Counted from the stretch's first letter, positions 46,733 to 58,631 are shown. The stretch: 64,000 nucleotides of DNA from Paraspadella gotoi (GCA_051294375.1 CM119267.1:9325709-9389708), one strand, 5' to 3'. Notes: a model not told the origin generated them from the sequence alone. Translations and numbers: made by a program.

Positions 46733-47150
46733 AAATGAGGACAACCTCAATTTTTTCTTATTTATAACTTATATTTTTTCGCTATTTTTTTCCCTTCCTC
46801 ATGGGCGTTGAGTTTACCAACGCTACTAGGAGATTTATTTTTTTCAAAGCGAATCTCTATACAGTTCGCTCGATTATTCCGGGATGTTAGATAGCTTTAG
46901 ATAATTTTTTTTTTCCAGAATACTTTCTCTTTCATATTGTTGATTTATCTTTTTACGATTTCTATAAGAAAAGCCAGTTTCGTTTTTTTGGGGGGTAGGG
47001 ACTTTTTTCCCCCGCATTTCTGGCGCCGAAACTTTGCTCTTTGTCCAAGTCGTAATTTTCTATCAATTCAAAAAAAAAAAAAATAAATAAAATACTAAAT
47101 CATTCGGTCGAAATTTTTTTGTTTTCAGTTTTTAAAAATTTATTACCGAG

Positions 47151-48832
47151 ATGCCTTTTATCGCCGAAGGCGAAGGTGCCGAGTCTCAAAGTGTTAAAGG
47201 CGATGTTGATGGAGAAGTCGCCGGCCCGCGTGACGATGAAGCGACAGACCCGGACGCCTGGGATCAGGCATCTGACGGCCATTTCCGCTCCAACGACGAC
47301 GATTTTATTACCGGTCCCGGAAGGCAGTTTCTTGACGAGAGGACGAGGTCTCAACTTTCCCGTCCTCAAATTACCATACAGGTGTCTGATCAAGAGGTGT
47401 TTTGATCAAGAGGTGTTTTGACCCTTGTTTCGACGTTTGTCTCGTCTTACAGGAAATACCTCTTCAATGCGATCGGCGCGCCTTCCGTCAAACCTGCGAA
47501 GGCTTTGGCAGAGTTCTCGATTTCAAAATGATGAATAGTCACAATGAGAAATTTCAACACGCCTTTGTCACCTATGATACCATGGACTCGGCCCACGCTG
47601 CTGCCAAGGAATTGCGAATGGTCGTGCTGGGAGAAACCCCCCTGAAAGTCGGCATCCCGAAGACTAAGGAGCAGAGAGATAAAGAGCGAGAAGAAAGGCG
47701 AAAGGAAAACGAGCTTTACCGGGATTGTGGCTTCTCGAACGTGTTGGACGCCCCCAGCGCCAACGTTAAGAGATGCGATCACTGCGGACGCGACGAGGCC
47801 AACTTGAAAAGGTTACCCATAAGGTATTGCACCGGATGCTGGGTGGCCGCTTATTGCTCCGTCGAGTGTCAGAGGGAGGAGTTTTCCAAGCACAAGCGAA
47901 CCTGCACGGCCATGGTTGAAAAAAGGAAGAAAAAGAAATTGGCGAAGAAAGCGGCGGCTGCGGCCCAAGAGTCAGAGGCGGCGGCTGCTGCTGGTGCTTT
48001 CGATAAAGTGAATAAGCCAGTGACTTCTGAGGCGAAACCTTTAGAAACTCCAGACGTTTCTAAGTTGTTCATTTCGGAGGCGAAAATCGTCTTCAAGGAT
48101 CTGCTTGCCAACGAAGTTAATTTTGGCATGATTTTGTCCGTGGTCGACCCGGGAGACTTTTGCGTGGCACCCGACGATGACGATCCTCTGGCTTACCAAC
48201 TTCTCAATTCCTACTTGGCAGCTTTCATGGAGCAGCAGCAAATCACCCAGTTATTGGAGAATCCAAAAGTTGGGGACGCGGTGGTGGCAAAGATCCCGAG
48301 GGTGGACAACGACGAAGACGAAGATTCTTACCAACGCGCCGTCGTGGTGCATGTCTACGAATCTCCGACGGAGCCCGAACCGGCGGCCCTGTTAGAGTTG
48401 TGGTTTTGCGACGCCGGAGTAGCGGCGAGCGACGTTCCCGTCTCTTCCGTCGTTTCTTTGTCTGACTTTCGCCACTTTCTGCGTCGCAACAACGTCGACG
48501 TCTCTTCGGCGACCCTGCCCGCTCGTTTGATTCGCTGCCATCTTTGCGCCATTTGTCCCGACGACGGAGAGTCGCGTCCCATCGTGCCCGGACGCGAAGG
48601 GCTGTTCGAAGAGGACCAAGAAGACCACCACGAAGACCCTGATGCGACTCCCGAATGGGACGAAGTCGCCGTCGCCTTTTTGAAGAAGTTGATCTTCACG
48701 AGAATGGAGGTTCGGGTGATCAGCAAGGATGAAAACGTCGTACCCAAGTTCGGAGTCACGATGAGTAAGAAGGAAATTGGAGTCGGAGATTCTCTTGTCG
48801 ACGTCGGGTTGGCCGATTTTGACAACCATTGA
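47151..48832 (+). CDS. RRM + MYND + extended Tudor protein (Vreteno/Veneno-like architecture), 2 exons
   Basis: RRM across intron 47382-47452 (HAFVTY...LKVG), MYND CDHC...CTGC..AAYCSVECQ...HKRTC, and extended Tudor VVDPGDFCV...PKVGDAVVAK...YQRAVV...FCDAG...LPARLIRCHL...LVDVGLA. Confidence 0.8.
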
Positions 48833-49135
48833 ATTTTTATAGTCCATTATTTTTTGTATTCTTATCAACTTTTTTTATACATCTGAATAAATTGGCTTAA
48901 TCCTTCGTATTCGAAATAAATATATTATTTCTTATTAATGTTATTGTTATTAAATGGTTCGTTTGCTTGAACAATCGTTTGTTTTTATCGTTTTTTTTTT
49001 ATTCGCGTGTTCCCATTTTACTATTTTTTACAGAGACAGTTCAGTTTTTTCGTTATTGCTCATTTATATTTATATTGCTCTTTTACGGAGCTACACAAAC
49101 AGTCCATTGATTAAGCGATTTAACTTAAGTATATT

Positions 49136-50338
49136 ATGGGCACTGAAATCGATGTCTATGACCAAGATGGATTTGAGTATGGGGGATCCGAAGAATCATA
49201 TTCAGAAGCTAACGAACTCAATTACCTTGTAACGACTTCCCGCCACGAGTTTTTCGGAGAAGGAGATTCGTCGCCAAAACCCAGGACGATGTCGGTTGCA
49301 AATGTTGATTCAGAAAAAGAATCGACGGTGGTAGACGTTTCGCCTGTTTGGCTCGATCAAGTTAGTTCTTTAGTAGGCGGTGCTGAAAAATTCAATTTCA
49401 ATAATTGTCATAATAACAATCATGATGATGACAGTAATAATAATATTGTCTTAGCTGGTGAAGGTTTGCAAAGCCGTTGTTGTAAAGCCCCTGTCCGTCG
49501 ACCAATTTTGGTTCAAACTCGATTAAAGTTCTCGGACAATGAGCTTAAATTCGTACGCGACGATACGCACAAAACTTTTGGCAGACGTTTTTCCGCTGAA
49601 GAGGATGCGACGTTGGTGCAAGCAGTTCAGTTTTTTGGTATTAATTTTCAACGCATTTGTGAGACTTACTCGTCCGTCTTTAAACCTCGGGGCAGAGACG
49701 CTGTATCTTTGAAAAATCGATGGTATAAACTTAGAAGAGAAGAATCGGAAAAGACGCAACAAGAAGAGGAAATTCCTTGGTCAGAAAAGGAAGAGTTGGC
49801 TCTCTTAAATAGTTTGAAGAAACTGAAAAGTCTTGGATTAAGGTCTGTAAGTTGGATATGGATACGCGCCGATAATCCCGAGGATTTTAAACACCGATCG
49901 CCCAAATCTATTCATGATCATTGGAAAGAAATGTTGCTCAAAAACAAATATTCGAGATCGCAAAAACATGGCTTACCCAATTATCAGACATCGAAAAAGA
50001 ATTTGGAGATTGATTTTTCTCAAAACATGAAAGCCGTTGAAACCGCGCCGAAACTAAACTCTGATGTGAAGACAAACAAGTCAGAAAATCAAAGAAAGAA
50101 ACTTGACGAAAAGGCTCTTAATCCTCAGAGTCGAGGAGTTTTGAAAGCTTGGAAAGAAGAGGAAGAGGATGCTCTTTTCCAGGGTGTCAAGTCCCAAAAG
50201 AAAATTGGCTGTTATAAAGTCAGTTGGAACAAGATCCTTGCTGATAATCCGGTTGTTTTTCGACATAGAACAGCTACTTCCCTTAAGCTTCACTGGTTGT
50301 ATACGCGTAAAAGGCGCCAAATGGAAGCCACGTTTTGA
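49136..50338 (+). CDS. Protein with three Myb/SANT (telobox-like) repeats, intronless
   Basis: FSAEEDATL...SLKNRW, WSEKEELAL...RSPKSIHDHW, WKEEEEDALFQGV...RTATSLKLHW. Confidence 0.8.
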   Translation: MGTEIDVYDQDGFEYGGSEESYSEANELNYLVTTSRHEFFGEGDSSPKPRTMSVANVDSEKESTVVDVSPVWLDQVSSLVGGAEKFNFNNCHNNNHDDDSNNNIVLAGEGLQSRCCKAPVRRPILVQTRLKFSDNELKFVRDDTHKTFGRRFSAEEDATLVQAVQFFGINFQRICETYSSVFKPRGRDAVSLKNRWYKLRREESEKTQQEEEIPWSEKEELALLNSLKKLKSLGLRSVSWIWIRADNPEDFKHRSPKSIHDHWKEMLLKNKYSRSQKHGLPNYQTSKKNLEIDFSQNMKAVETAPKLNSDVKTNKSENQRKKLDEKALNPQSRGVLKAWKEEEEDALFQGVKSQKKIGCYKVSWNKILADNPVVFRHRTATSLKLHWLYTRKRRQMEATF

Positions 50339-50496
50339 TTTGTGACTTTAAGATTTCCTGTCGGATTACGACGAGAGTTTATATCCAACGTTTCGTGTCT
50401 TTTACAACACAGCTTCTTTGTTTACACTGCCATTGTTTTCAAAATTTAAAAAAATCATGTCCAAATGACTTTCATTTTACAACAACTTTTTTTCAG

Positions 50497-52830
50497 ATGA
50501 CCCGAATTTCGGTTATACAAATCGCTTTTAATTTCGGAAAACTTTTAAAAAATCGCTTTGGAATTGTGACTCGAGCAAATCTTCATTCTACTCATTACTT
50601 CCTTCGGAATGTCGGCACATCCACGGTTCCAGCCCCGACAGAAGATGCACCGCGGGTCGACGAGCAGTTTTCCTTCCACCTCAACCGCTACACAAATCGC
50701 ACTCACACTTGCGCCCAGTTGCGAATAGATCATGTCGGCGTCCGCGTTCGCATTTGCGGCTGGTTGCAGTACAAACGTCTCAACAAATTCCTTGTGCTCA
50801 AAGACGCTTACGGTGCCGTGCAAGTGCTCCTCAAAGAAGGTGACGTCTCCGAAGAACTGCCTTTGGAGTCGGTCCTCGAAGTCGAGGGAGTGGTGCGAGC
50901 TCGACCCGCGACGATGCGCAACCCCGAGATGGCCACGGGGGATGTGGAAATCGAGGTTGTGCGTCTCCACATACTCAACGCCTGTCGACAAAAACTTCCT
51001 TTTTTCTCGACGTCGCCACTGAAGCACGGCGAGGCGTTCGAGAGACTCCGCCTGGAGCATCGATACCTTGATCTGCGAAACGACCGTCTGCAGGTAGACC
51101 TTCTGACGTCAACGAATGACGCGAATCGATTCTGTCACGTGTCTTCGTTAACAGGAAAATCTTCGTTTTCGTTCCAGTCTCGTGATGCGCATGCGTCAGT
51201 TTCTACACGATCATAGTGGATTCGTCGAGGTCGAAACCCCAACTCTTTTTCGACGAACACCTGGTAAACGGCGTTTTTAAATTTTACGACAACAGTTATA
51301 AAATATCATTCTCTTATTGTAAGTTCCTTCCTTATATTATCTGTTATCAGGAGGTGCGCGCGAGTTTATTGTGCCCACGGAAGTTCCAGGTCACTTTTTC
51401 TGTTTACCTCAAAGTCCTCAACAATTCAAGCAACTTCTCATGGTCGGATCGATCGATCGATATTTTCAAATAGCACGTTGCTACAGGGACGAAGGTAATG
51501 TAAGGCACTATAATGGTTGTAGTACTGTTAAGCATTTTTAACTATTTTTGAATCGAGCTTTGAAGATAAATGCAACCTCATTCTGAACTTTCTGAACTTT
51601 CCTAAGGAACAATGAGACATCGACAACCGGAATTCACTCAACTCGACCTTGAAATGTCGTTTACTGATCGTGAAGGCGTCAAGTCTTTGGTGGAAGAGCT
51701 CCTCGCTCATTCTTTGCCCCCTTCCATCTCCCCGCCCTCGCTACCTTTTCCCACCATGACCTACGGCGAAGCCATGAGTCGCTATGGCGTCGATAAACCT
51801 GACCTCCGTTTCCATATTGAGATTCGCGACGTGACTGAGATTCTCGGCCGATCCGGTGCCGACGTCTTGACGACGGGTCTTGATATGGGTTTTAGGATCA
51901 AGTGCCTCCGTATAGAGAATGGCGCCACGTCTTTGTCTAAGTCGGAATGGAAGGAGCTTTTGAAAGAAGAGGATGGGGAGAACGAGAACTTGGTGACTAT
52001 TCGGATTAAAAATGACGGAAGTTGGAAAACAAACTCTTACGCGAGATTCATTCACGAAAACAATCGCGAGATGTTGACGAAGCATTTGGCTCTAGTCCCC
52101 GGCGACGTCGTCGTCTTGGGCTTTGGCGAAAACATTTCTCTTTGCAAAACTCTTGGCAAGTTGCGTCTTAGGATCGCCGAGGCGATGAGAGTCAAAGGTC
52201 GGCCTCTTTATGGGGACAGGGATTTTCGCTGGCTATGGGTCGAAGATTTTCCCCTCTTCCAGCCCATCAACGACGATGATGATCACCTATGCTTAGACTC
52301 CCGGCGTCGTGGTCTCAAGTCCGCCCATCATCCTTTCTCGGCGCCGCATCCCGACGACGAGCGGCTCCTCTTTTCGGAACCGCTCCTTTGTCGCGGCCTC
52401 CACTACGATCTCGTCCTAAACGGAACCGAAGTTGGTGGAGGATCGATTCGTATTCACGACGCGGATGTGCAGCGACGCGTGCTGGAGGAGATCCTGGGCG
52501 TTGAATGCGAGAAACTCGACCATCTGCTAAAGGCTCTTGATTCGGGTTGTCCGCCGCACGGAGGAATAGCTCTTGGTAAAAAGATCCATGATGTTCTCTC
52601 ACGTTTTGATATTCCTAAGTTTGTAGTTTTGTAATTTTAATGTTTATATGTGCCTCTTGACACCAGGCTTGGATCGCCTTGTCGCCGTCTTGGTTGGCGC
52701 AAACTCTGTGCGAGACGTCATCGCCTTTCCAAAATCCAATGACGTTAAAGATTTAATGTCAAAGTCGCCGGCAGTGGTTGACGAGGAGGAACTCAAATAT
52801 TACAATATCCAAATAATTAATGACGGCTGA
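50497..52830 (+). CDS. DARS2: Mitochondrial aspartyl-tRNA synthetase, 5 exons
   Basis: [27 protein letters not shown]...[59 protein letters not shown]. Confidence 0.95.
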
Positions 52831-52950
52831 AGCTGACAGCTGAGCTTTCTTGTTTTGTTTGACTGTTCAGTGTTCACTTTTTCTTTAGTTCGAGGCTACC
52901 ACAATTACAAGATTATGTTAAAAAGACAGCGAATTTAAAGACGATGGACG

Positions 52951-54333
52951 ATGTTACCATTAGCCTCCAAATCGACAACTGTATTGTCGAAGCTGTCCTC
53001 CGCGTCGCGTGCTATCCCCTCTTGCCCTCCGAGGACGTCCCTTTCGTCCTCCGTTCCAGTCAAAACAACCCTGGCGGACGTTTTTCAGACGAGCGGCTCG
53101 TTGACGAGTCTCGACGACTCCAACCTGCTGGCGGACGAGGGGGGAGACGTCGACGCCGCGCTGCTCTGCGACTCGGTCGGCGGTCGACTTACCTTTCAGC
53201 CTTTCGAAACTTTCCGCGACTTTGACGCGCTCTCTAACGAGGACGTGAAAAAAGATGAGCGTGAGGAGGTTTCGCCGAAGACGGCGTTGGAATCTTGGGA
53301 AGAAACGTGTCACGGTTTTTCGATCGGAGAATCTTCGTCCGGGGGTCGAACGCCGACGAATTCGAATCAATCTTCTCTTTTGGATGGCTCCGATTCGAGT
53401 AATCTCTCTCGGCCCAATCGGCTATCCCCAGGGCCATCTCGGGTGCTCCCCGATTCCCGTCTGCCTCATCCCGTGGCCTTCGATTTGGTCGACGCTCGGA
53501 TTTTTCGTGAGGGACCGACCAACCACCGCTTCGTGCTCTACACCATCGCCGTCCGCCCGCTTTTGCCCGCAAAATCTCACGATCGCGGTGCCCTAACACT
53601 GGAAAAACGTTTTTCAGACTTTGATAGACTCCACGCGGCCCTTAAGCGGCGCGTGCCTGTCGCAGTTGCTGACGTCAACCTTCCACCCAAGCGCCTCTTC
53701 AAAAACTTTGATGCCCGCACCATCGCCGAGCGAAGTCGAGCCTTCGAGCAATATCTCGGCCATGTGTGCGCCATCGACGCCGTTCGCGCCACCTCCGAAT
53801 ATTCGAACTTCTTCTACGGCGCCGATCTCTTTGGTGGAATGGACTTTTTGTCGCGCGGTCTCCTCGTGGAGGCTCTTCCGTCCCTTCACCGCTCCTTCAC
53901 CATGGCGTCGCTCGTGGTCGGCGCCGGACACCGCCACGCCTTTCTCATTCTTTGCTGCTTGACGGCGTGTTACGACGCTCTCGACGAAGACGCTGCCGCC
54001 CTCGAACACGCCCTCGCCGCCGTCGAGTGGCTGCGAGGCTTCGGAGACGAAACCGCCGTCGACGGCGAAATCTCGCCTTGGGAACGACGGAAGCGAAAAG
54101 GGAAAAACGACCCCGAGAGGGAAGACGATTCTTGCGTCTTCCACGACGGATTTACTTACAACATTCTCACTGTCCCCCTGATCGAAAATGCTATCAGCCT
54201 CAGCTGGAAAATGGGAAGGGACAAGAGAGACTTGGAAAAATCGTTGAAAAAAATTCGAGAGCTCATCGGTTTCGTCAATGACAAGAAGACGCTGATCGAA
54301 GCCTTGAGGAATTTAAGGGATGAATTCCACTAA
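52951..54333 (+). CDS. SNX21: Sorting nexin 20/21-like (PX + PXB), intronless
   Basis: FVLYTIAV...EKRFSDFDRLH...LPPKRLFKNFDARTIAERSRAFEQYL, then a helical PXB-like region with WKMGRDK. Confidence 0.8.
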   Translation: MLPLASKSTTVLSKLSSASRAIPSCPPRTSLSSSVPVKTTLADVFQTSGSLTSLDDSNLLADEGGDVDAALLCDSVGGRLTFQPFETFRDFDALSNEDVKKDEREEVSPKTALESWEETCHGFSIGESSSGGRTPTNSNQSSLLDGSDSSNLSRPNRLSPGPSRVLPDSRLPHPVAFDLVDARIFREGPTNHRFVLYTIAVRPLLPAKSHDRGALTLEKRFSDFDRLHAALKRRVPVAVADVNLPPKRLFKNFDARTIAERSRAFEQYLGHVCAIDAVRATSEYSNFFYGADLFGGMDFLSRGLLVEALPSLHRSFTMASLVVGAGHRHAFLILCCLTACYDALDEDAAALEHALAAVEWLRGFGDETAVDGEISPWERRKRKGKNDPEREDDSCVFHDGFTYNILTVPLIENAISLSWKMGRDKRDLEKSLKKIRELIGFVNDKKTLIEALRNLRDEFH

Positions 54334-54644
54334 CTTCTTTTTTTTTTTTCTAAAGCCAACGCATCAACTCTTAGATTTTTCCTTATCAAAAAAATTTACA
54401 TTGAAATTATTATTATTTATCATTTCTATATAAATGTTTTCGTGACCAATATTTTTGATAACACTTTGATCTTTTTACATCTTTTTAGCAACAAACATCG
54501 CGTTTCTTGGTGTTTTTTAATTTTTGGTATGCTTATATAATTACCGTTTACTAAAGCACAAATTTCGACTACATAACCAGCGTTTTATTTATTGAATCGT
54601 CGATTCTGAGATCTTTTTAACCGTGAATCCTATTCTTTTAGATA

Positions 54645-56574
54645 ATGAGCGAGGTCTCTTCCAGTGGAGATGGGTTGAACGACGTCCTTAACGGCGTCGC
54701 CGCCGCCGCCGCCGCCGAATCCGATATTTCCAAGCCTCCTACTGAAGAACTTCCCAAACTGCTTGTGCACAAAAGCCTCGGCGACACCCTCTCCGTCGTC
54801 GACGAGCAGATTAAAAAGATTCCGTCTCCAATCTCCAGCGAGATTTCCTCGTCTTCCTCTCCCACGGTCGTCCCTCGCAACGCAGACTTCGACTCGATCG
54901 CCGAGGAGACGCACCAAGCCTCAGAATACTTCCCCGGCACGGTGGACGAGTCCGACACCGACGACGATTCTGACCAAGAGGACGATGTTACGCTACCCGA
55001 AGAAATCCCTTTCGACTACGACGCCCTCGAACGACGGATGGAATATTTAAACTCTCTCGACTCTATCGAGCTGCCTAAGACTGTCGCTCGGCTAAAGACA
55101 AAGAGAGGAACGAGAATATTTCTAGTCGGGACCGGTGAGCGACTTTGTTTGAGAAAAACGTCTCGCCTTTTTCTAATTTCTTTTTCACATTCTCTTCACT
55201 CTCCTCCAGCCCATTTCAGCGAAGAGTCTCAAGAGGATGTTTCGACGACGATCCGGGCCGTCCGCCCGGATGTCATCATGGTGGAGCTCTGCTCTCAGCG
55301 GGAGCACGTTCTTAACCTGGACGAAGAGACGGTTCTGCGTGAGTCACAGAATCTCAACGCGGAGAAAGTCTTCGAATTCATCCAATCCTCGGGACTCGTT
55401 CGAGTGAGAAACGAAGCGTCGTCGGGTTTGTTTTTAAAAAACGAATTATTTATTGACGGTATTGTGTTTTTAAGGGGTTGACGTACGTCCTCCTCCTCAG
55501 TCTCTCCGCTCACGTCACGAAACAGTTAGGAATGGCTCCCGGAGGTAAGTCGCGACCATTTAAATTACTTTTCCCTTACCCAAATTTTTATTTAAAATTA
55601 TTTTTTTGAAACATTTTTCAGGAGAATTCCGTCGAGCTTTTCGCGAACTTAAAGAATTGAGACGGACGAAGAAGACAAATCTGTACTTAGGCGATCGCCC
55701 TGTGCAAGTCACCCTCAAAAGAGCTTTGAGCGCGCTATCATTTTTTCAGGTTCGTGTTTATCTTTTAGCCCTTTAGCATCATTAGTCCTGGCAGTCAATG
55801 GGAAAATGACTTATTTTTTTACTATTTGCTTCGCAATCCGAGAATCACGGGCGATACTTTCATTACCAAATGATCCTTCTTTCTTCGAACTCGCAGAAAA
55901 TTCGCCTCGCTTGGTCTATCATGATGGACGGCTTCAAGGTGACGAAAGAAGACGTGGAAAACATGAAAGAAAAGGACATGCTCCATGCCTTGATGTCGGA
56001 AATGGCGGCCGAATATCCTTTGCTTACCAAGGTTAGCTCGCTTCAAATCAATTGTTATATATATATATATAATATTAAATGTTCTGAGTAGATGATAAAA
56101 ATGGAAAAATGAGACAACTCGCTAAATCCTCCTTTTAGAGAAATTAACAATTTTTCCCCCCGACTACCTCAAGGTGTTCGTAAAAGAGCGCGACCTTTGG
56201 CTCGTCCAGTCGCTCGTCCACACTGAGTTGTTGGCAGCAAAAACGTTGGAAAGTCCTCTTCCCGGAGTCGTTGTCGCCGTGGTGGGAATCGGCCATCAGC
56301 AAGGGATCGTCGATGAGTGGAACAAGATTCAAGATGAAAACCAAACTGTACGAAGATGACTGGATCATTGATAATAAAGTTATTATGGTTTAGTCTTAAC
56401 AAAATGTTTTTAATTCTTTGATCGCAGCTCGAAGAGGGCGCGCGTATTATCACCGAACTTCTCGTGATCCCCGAAACCTCGATGACTTCGAAGATTGTCA
56501 AGCTGGGATTCAAGGCAGCCTTCGTCACCCTAGCCCTCTGGGGTTGCGTTAGGATTGTCAAGGCCTTCGCTTGA
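54645..56574 (+). CDS. TRABD: TraB domain-containing protein, 7 exons
   Basis: IFLVGTAHFSEESQEDV...RPDVIMVELC, LGMAPGGEFRRAF, LGDRPVQVTLKRAL, FVKERD, VVAVVGIGHQQGI, C-terminal hydrophobic tail. Confidence 0.93.
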
Positions 56575-57173
56575 GAACTTTAACGGGGTGTGAGATAAAA
56601 GCTGATACTAGTCCGCCGTTATAATACAAACAATTGTTATGAAGTCGTTATTTTATAGAATATATGTAATTCTTGTTACGGCGAAGATTTTATGAAAATA
56701 AAGGAACTTTTCTACATGGAATTTTTTTTTCATCATTTAGGATTATGAATTGTGTCGAAGCTAGTCAAAATTTATAGGAGGTGAACTAACAAGGAATTCA
56801 ATAGGAAGTCCAAAACAAAAGGGATCTACGGCTACAATCCGATAGCTCTAAAACGGCTTCTATTCCAAGTGATTGAATGAAATGGAATCATTATAAAGTC
56901 TCGAAATTAATTCTAAGAAACTTTCGATAAAATTGATAGCTGACTAGTAAAAATGATAATAACCTAGTATGCTAAGTTACGTAACGAATCTTAATCCTCG
57001 TGCATCTTGAACGCACGCGCTTGCTGGCTTTCCTTCCTTCGCTCACTTACGCTTCCTCCTCTTCCTCGTCTCGCCTCCATATGGAGACGCAAAACATTGC
57101 GTCGTCGAGAAAACCCAGACGGAATCGTAATTATTGTCTCTTGTCAAGTTTCCGACGAGATCCGGCCCTCAAG

Positions 57174-58631
57174 ATGACCGCTTCGAAGGCTTTCGTGCTG
57201 CTATTGTCGTTGTTGTCGACGTCCTTTGCGAATTTTTACCCGAGATTGGGCGATGACTTTTCCTATGAAAGCCCTGACTACGGCGGGGACTCTAATGGTC
57301 GTGACGACGAGCTTTTCCAGGACATCGTGGCCAGGTTTGCTCTTCTGTATGATTTAATTCTTTATTGAATTTGGGAATTCTTGGTCTTTAAATATATATA
57401 TAATTATATATGGATAGCACAAAACTCATGTCTGATGAATAAAAACTAAAAACTAAAATAAAAACTACTAAGCGGTTAAGTTAAGAACCATTGTCAAATG
57501 TCCATTCACTCAACTCCACTCGCAGAAAAAAATTCAAATTGGTTCACAGAATCGTTAGATGTTGAGACAGTAAATGCTAAATTAGACCTTAAGGTGACTC
57601 ATATTAATGAGTCCTTTTTCCTATAGTTAACCGCTGGTTCAATCGGAAATGTATTGGAAAGTATTGAAGTATTGAAAAGTATTGGAAATAACCCAACGTA
57701 AGTTTGAGGGACGTAAGAAAAAACGTTTCCACTGCCGACAGGATGGCCGACTACATCGACATGGAGAGCCTCTTGGCTCAGCCATCTGCCGGCGATCCCG
57801 TCATCCCCGACGCCACCCTGCGAGACACCGAGGACATCCACCACGCCCACCTCTTTGGACCCTCGGAAAACGACGGCTTCCAGTACATGCAGGGCGGTGC
57901 GGGAGAAGGGGTTCAGTGGCTCAAACCCGAAGGATCGATTCTTAACAAGCAGGTCCAAACTCCAAAGGGAAATTATTGGATGGACAGTGGGCACACACAA
58001 AAAAAATATAGTTTTGTTCGAGATGAAATCGTAAATCTAATCTTTGGCTTTGCTTCCGCCGGACGCAGGAAGTAAAAACGGACAAGTTTTTGCCCGCTTA
58101 TTGCGATCCCCCGAATCCTTGCCCAATTGGCTTCACTTCCGATGACGGCTGCGATCCGGCACCGGGATCGAAGTTCACGGCCGAATACAGCAAAGTTTAT
58201 CAAGCGTCGCAAGTACGAAAATCTTTCTCGGCTCCTTTTATTTTAAACTGAGTTTAAACTTTCCCTTTCGCCAATAACTTTCTGATTTTTCCGCCAGGAG
58301 TGTCAATGCGACTCAGAACACAACTACGGTTGCGCCGATGGAGAGCGACGCGACGACGACGTCGGAAACTTGAAAGAAAATCTCAAAAATTTGGCAAAGA
58401 TGATGACCGAAGCGGAAAAAGAGCCCAAGGACACGAAGACGGGTCGGTGAAAAACAACTTTATTACTTAAAACGCTGAGGCGTTTTTGCTCCAGAGAATG
58501 ACAGAAACACAAATCATTATCCCACAGATGCTAACGAAACTGGTCACAATGGAAGTCGCCCTCCAAATCCTTATCTTGTGGGGGAACCTCTGAAGCGAGT
58601 CGCCAAAAAGGCTCCCATTTACAATATGTGA
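57174..58631 (+). CDS. SCG5: Neuroendocrine protein 7B2 (secretogranin V), 5 exons
   Basis: Signal peptide, YMQGGAGEGVQWLKPEG, VKTDKFLPAYCDPPNPCPIG, NTAKF...CQCDSEH, NPYLVGEPLKRVAKKAP. AATAAA at ~58663. Confidence 0.93.

Noticed and set aside
47387-47420. 16-bp tandem duplication in an intron; similar small duplications at ~35161-35197 and ~57651-57690
   Set aside because: Ordinary slippage duplications with no sign of function.
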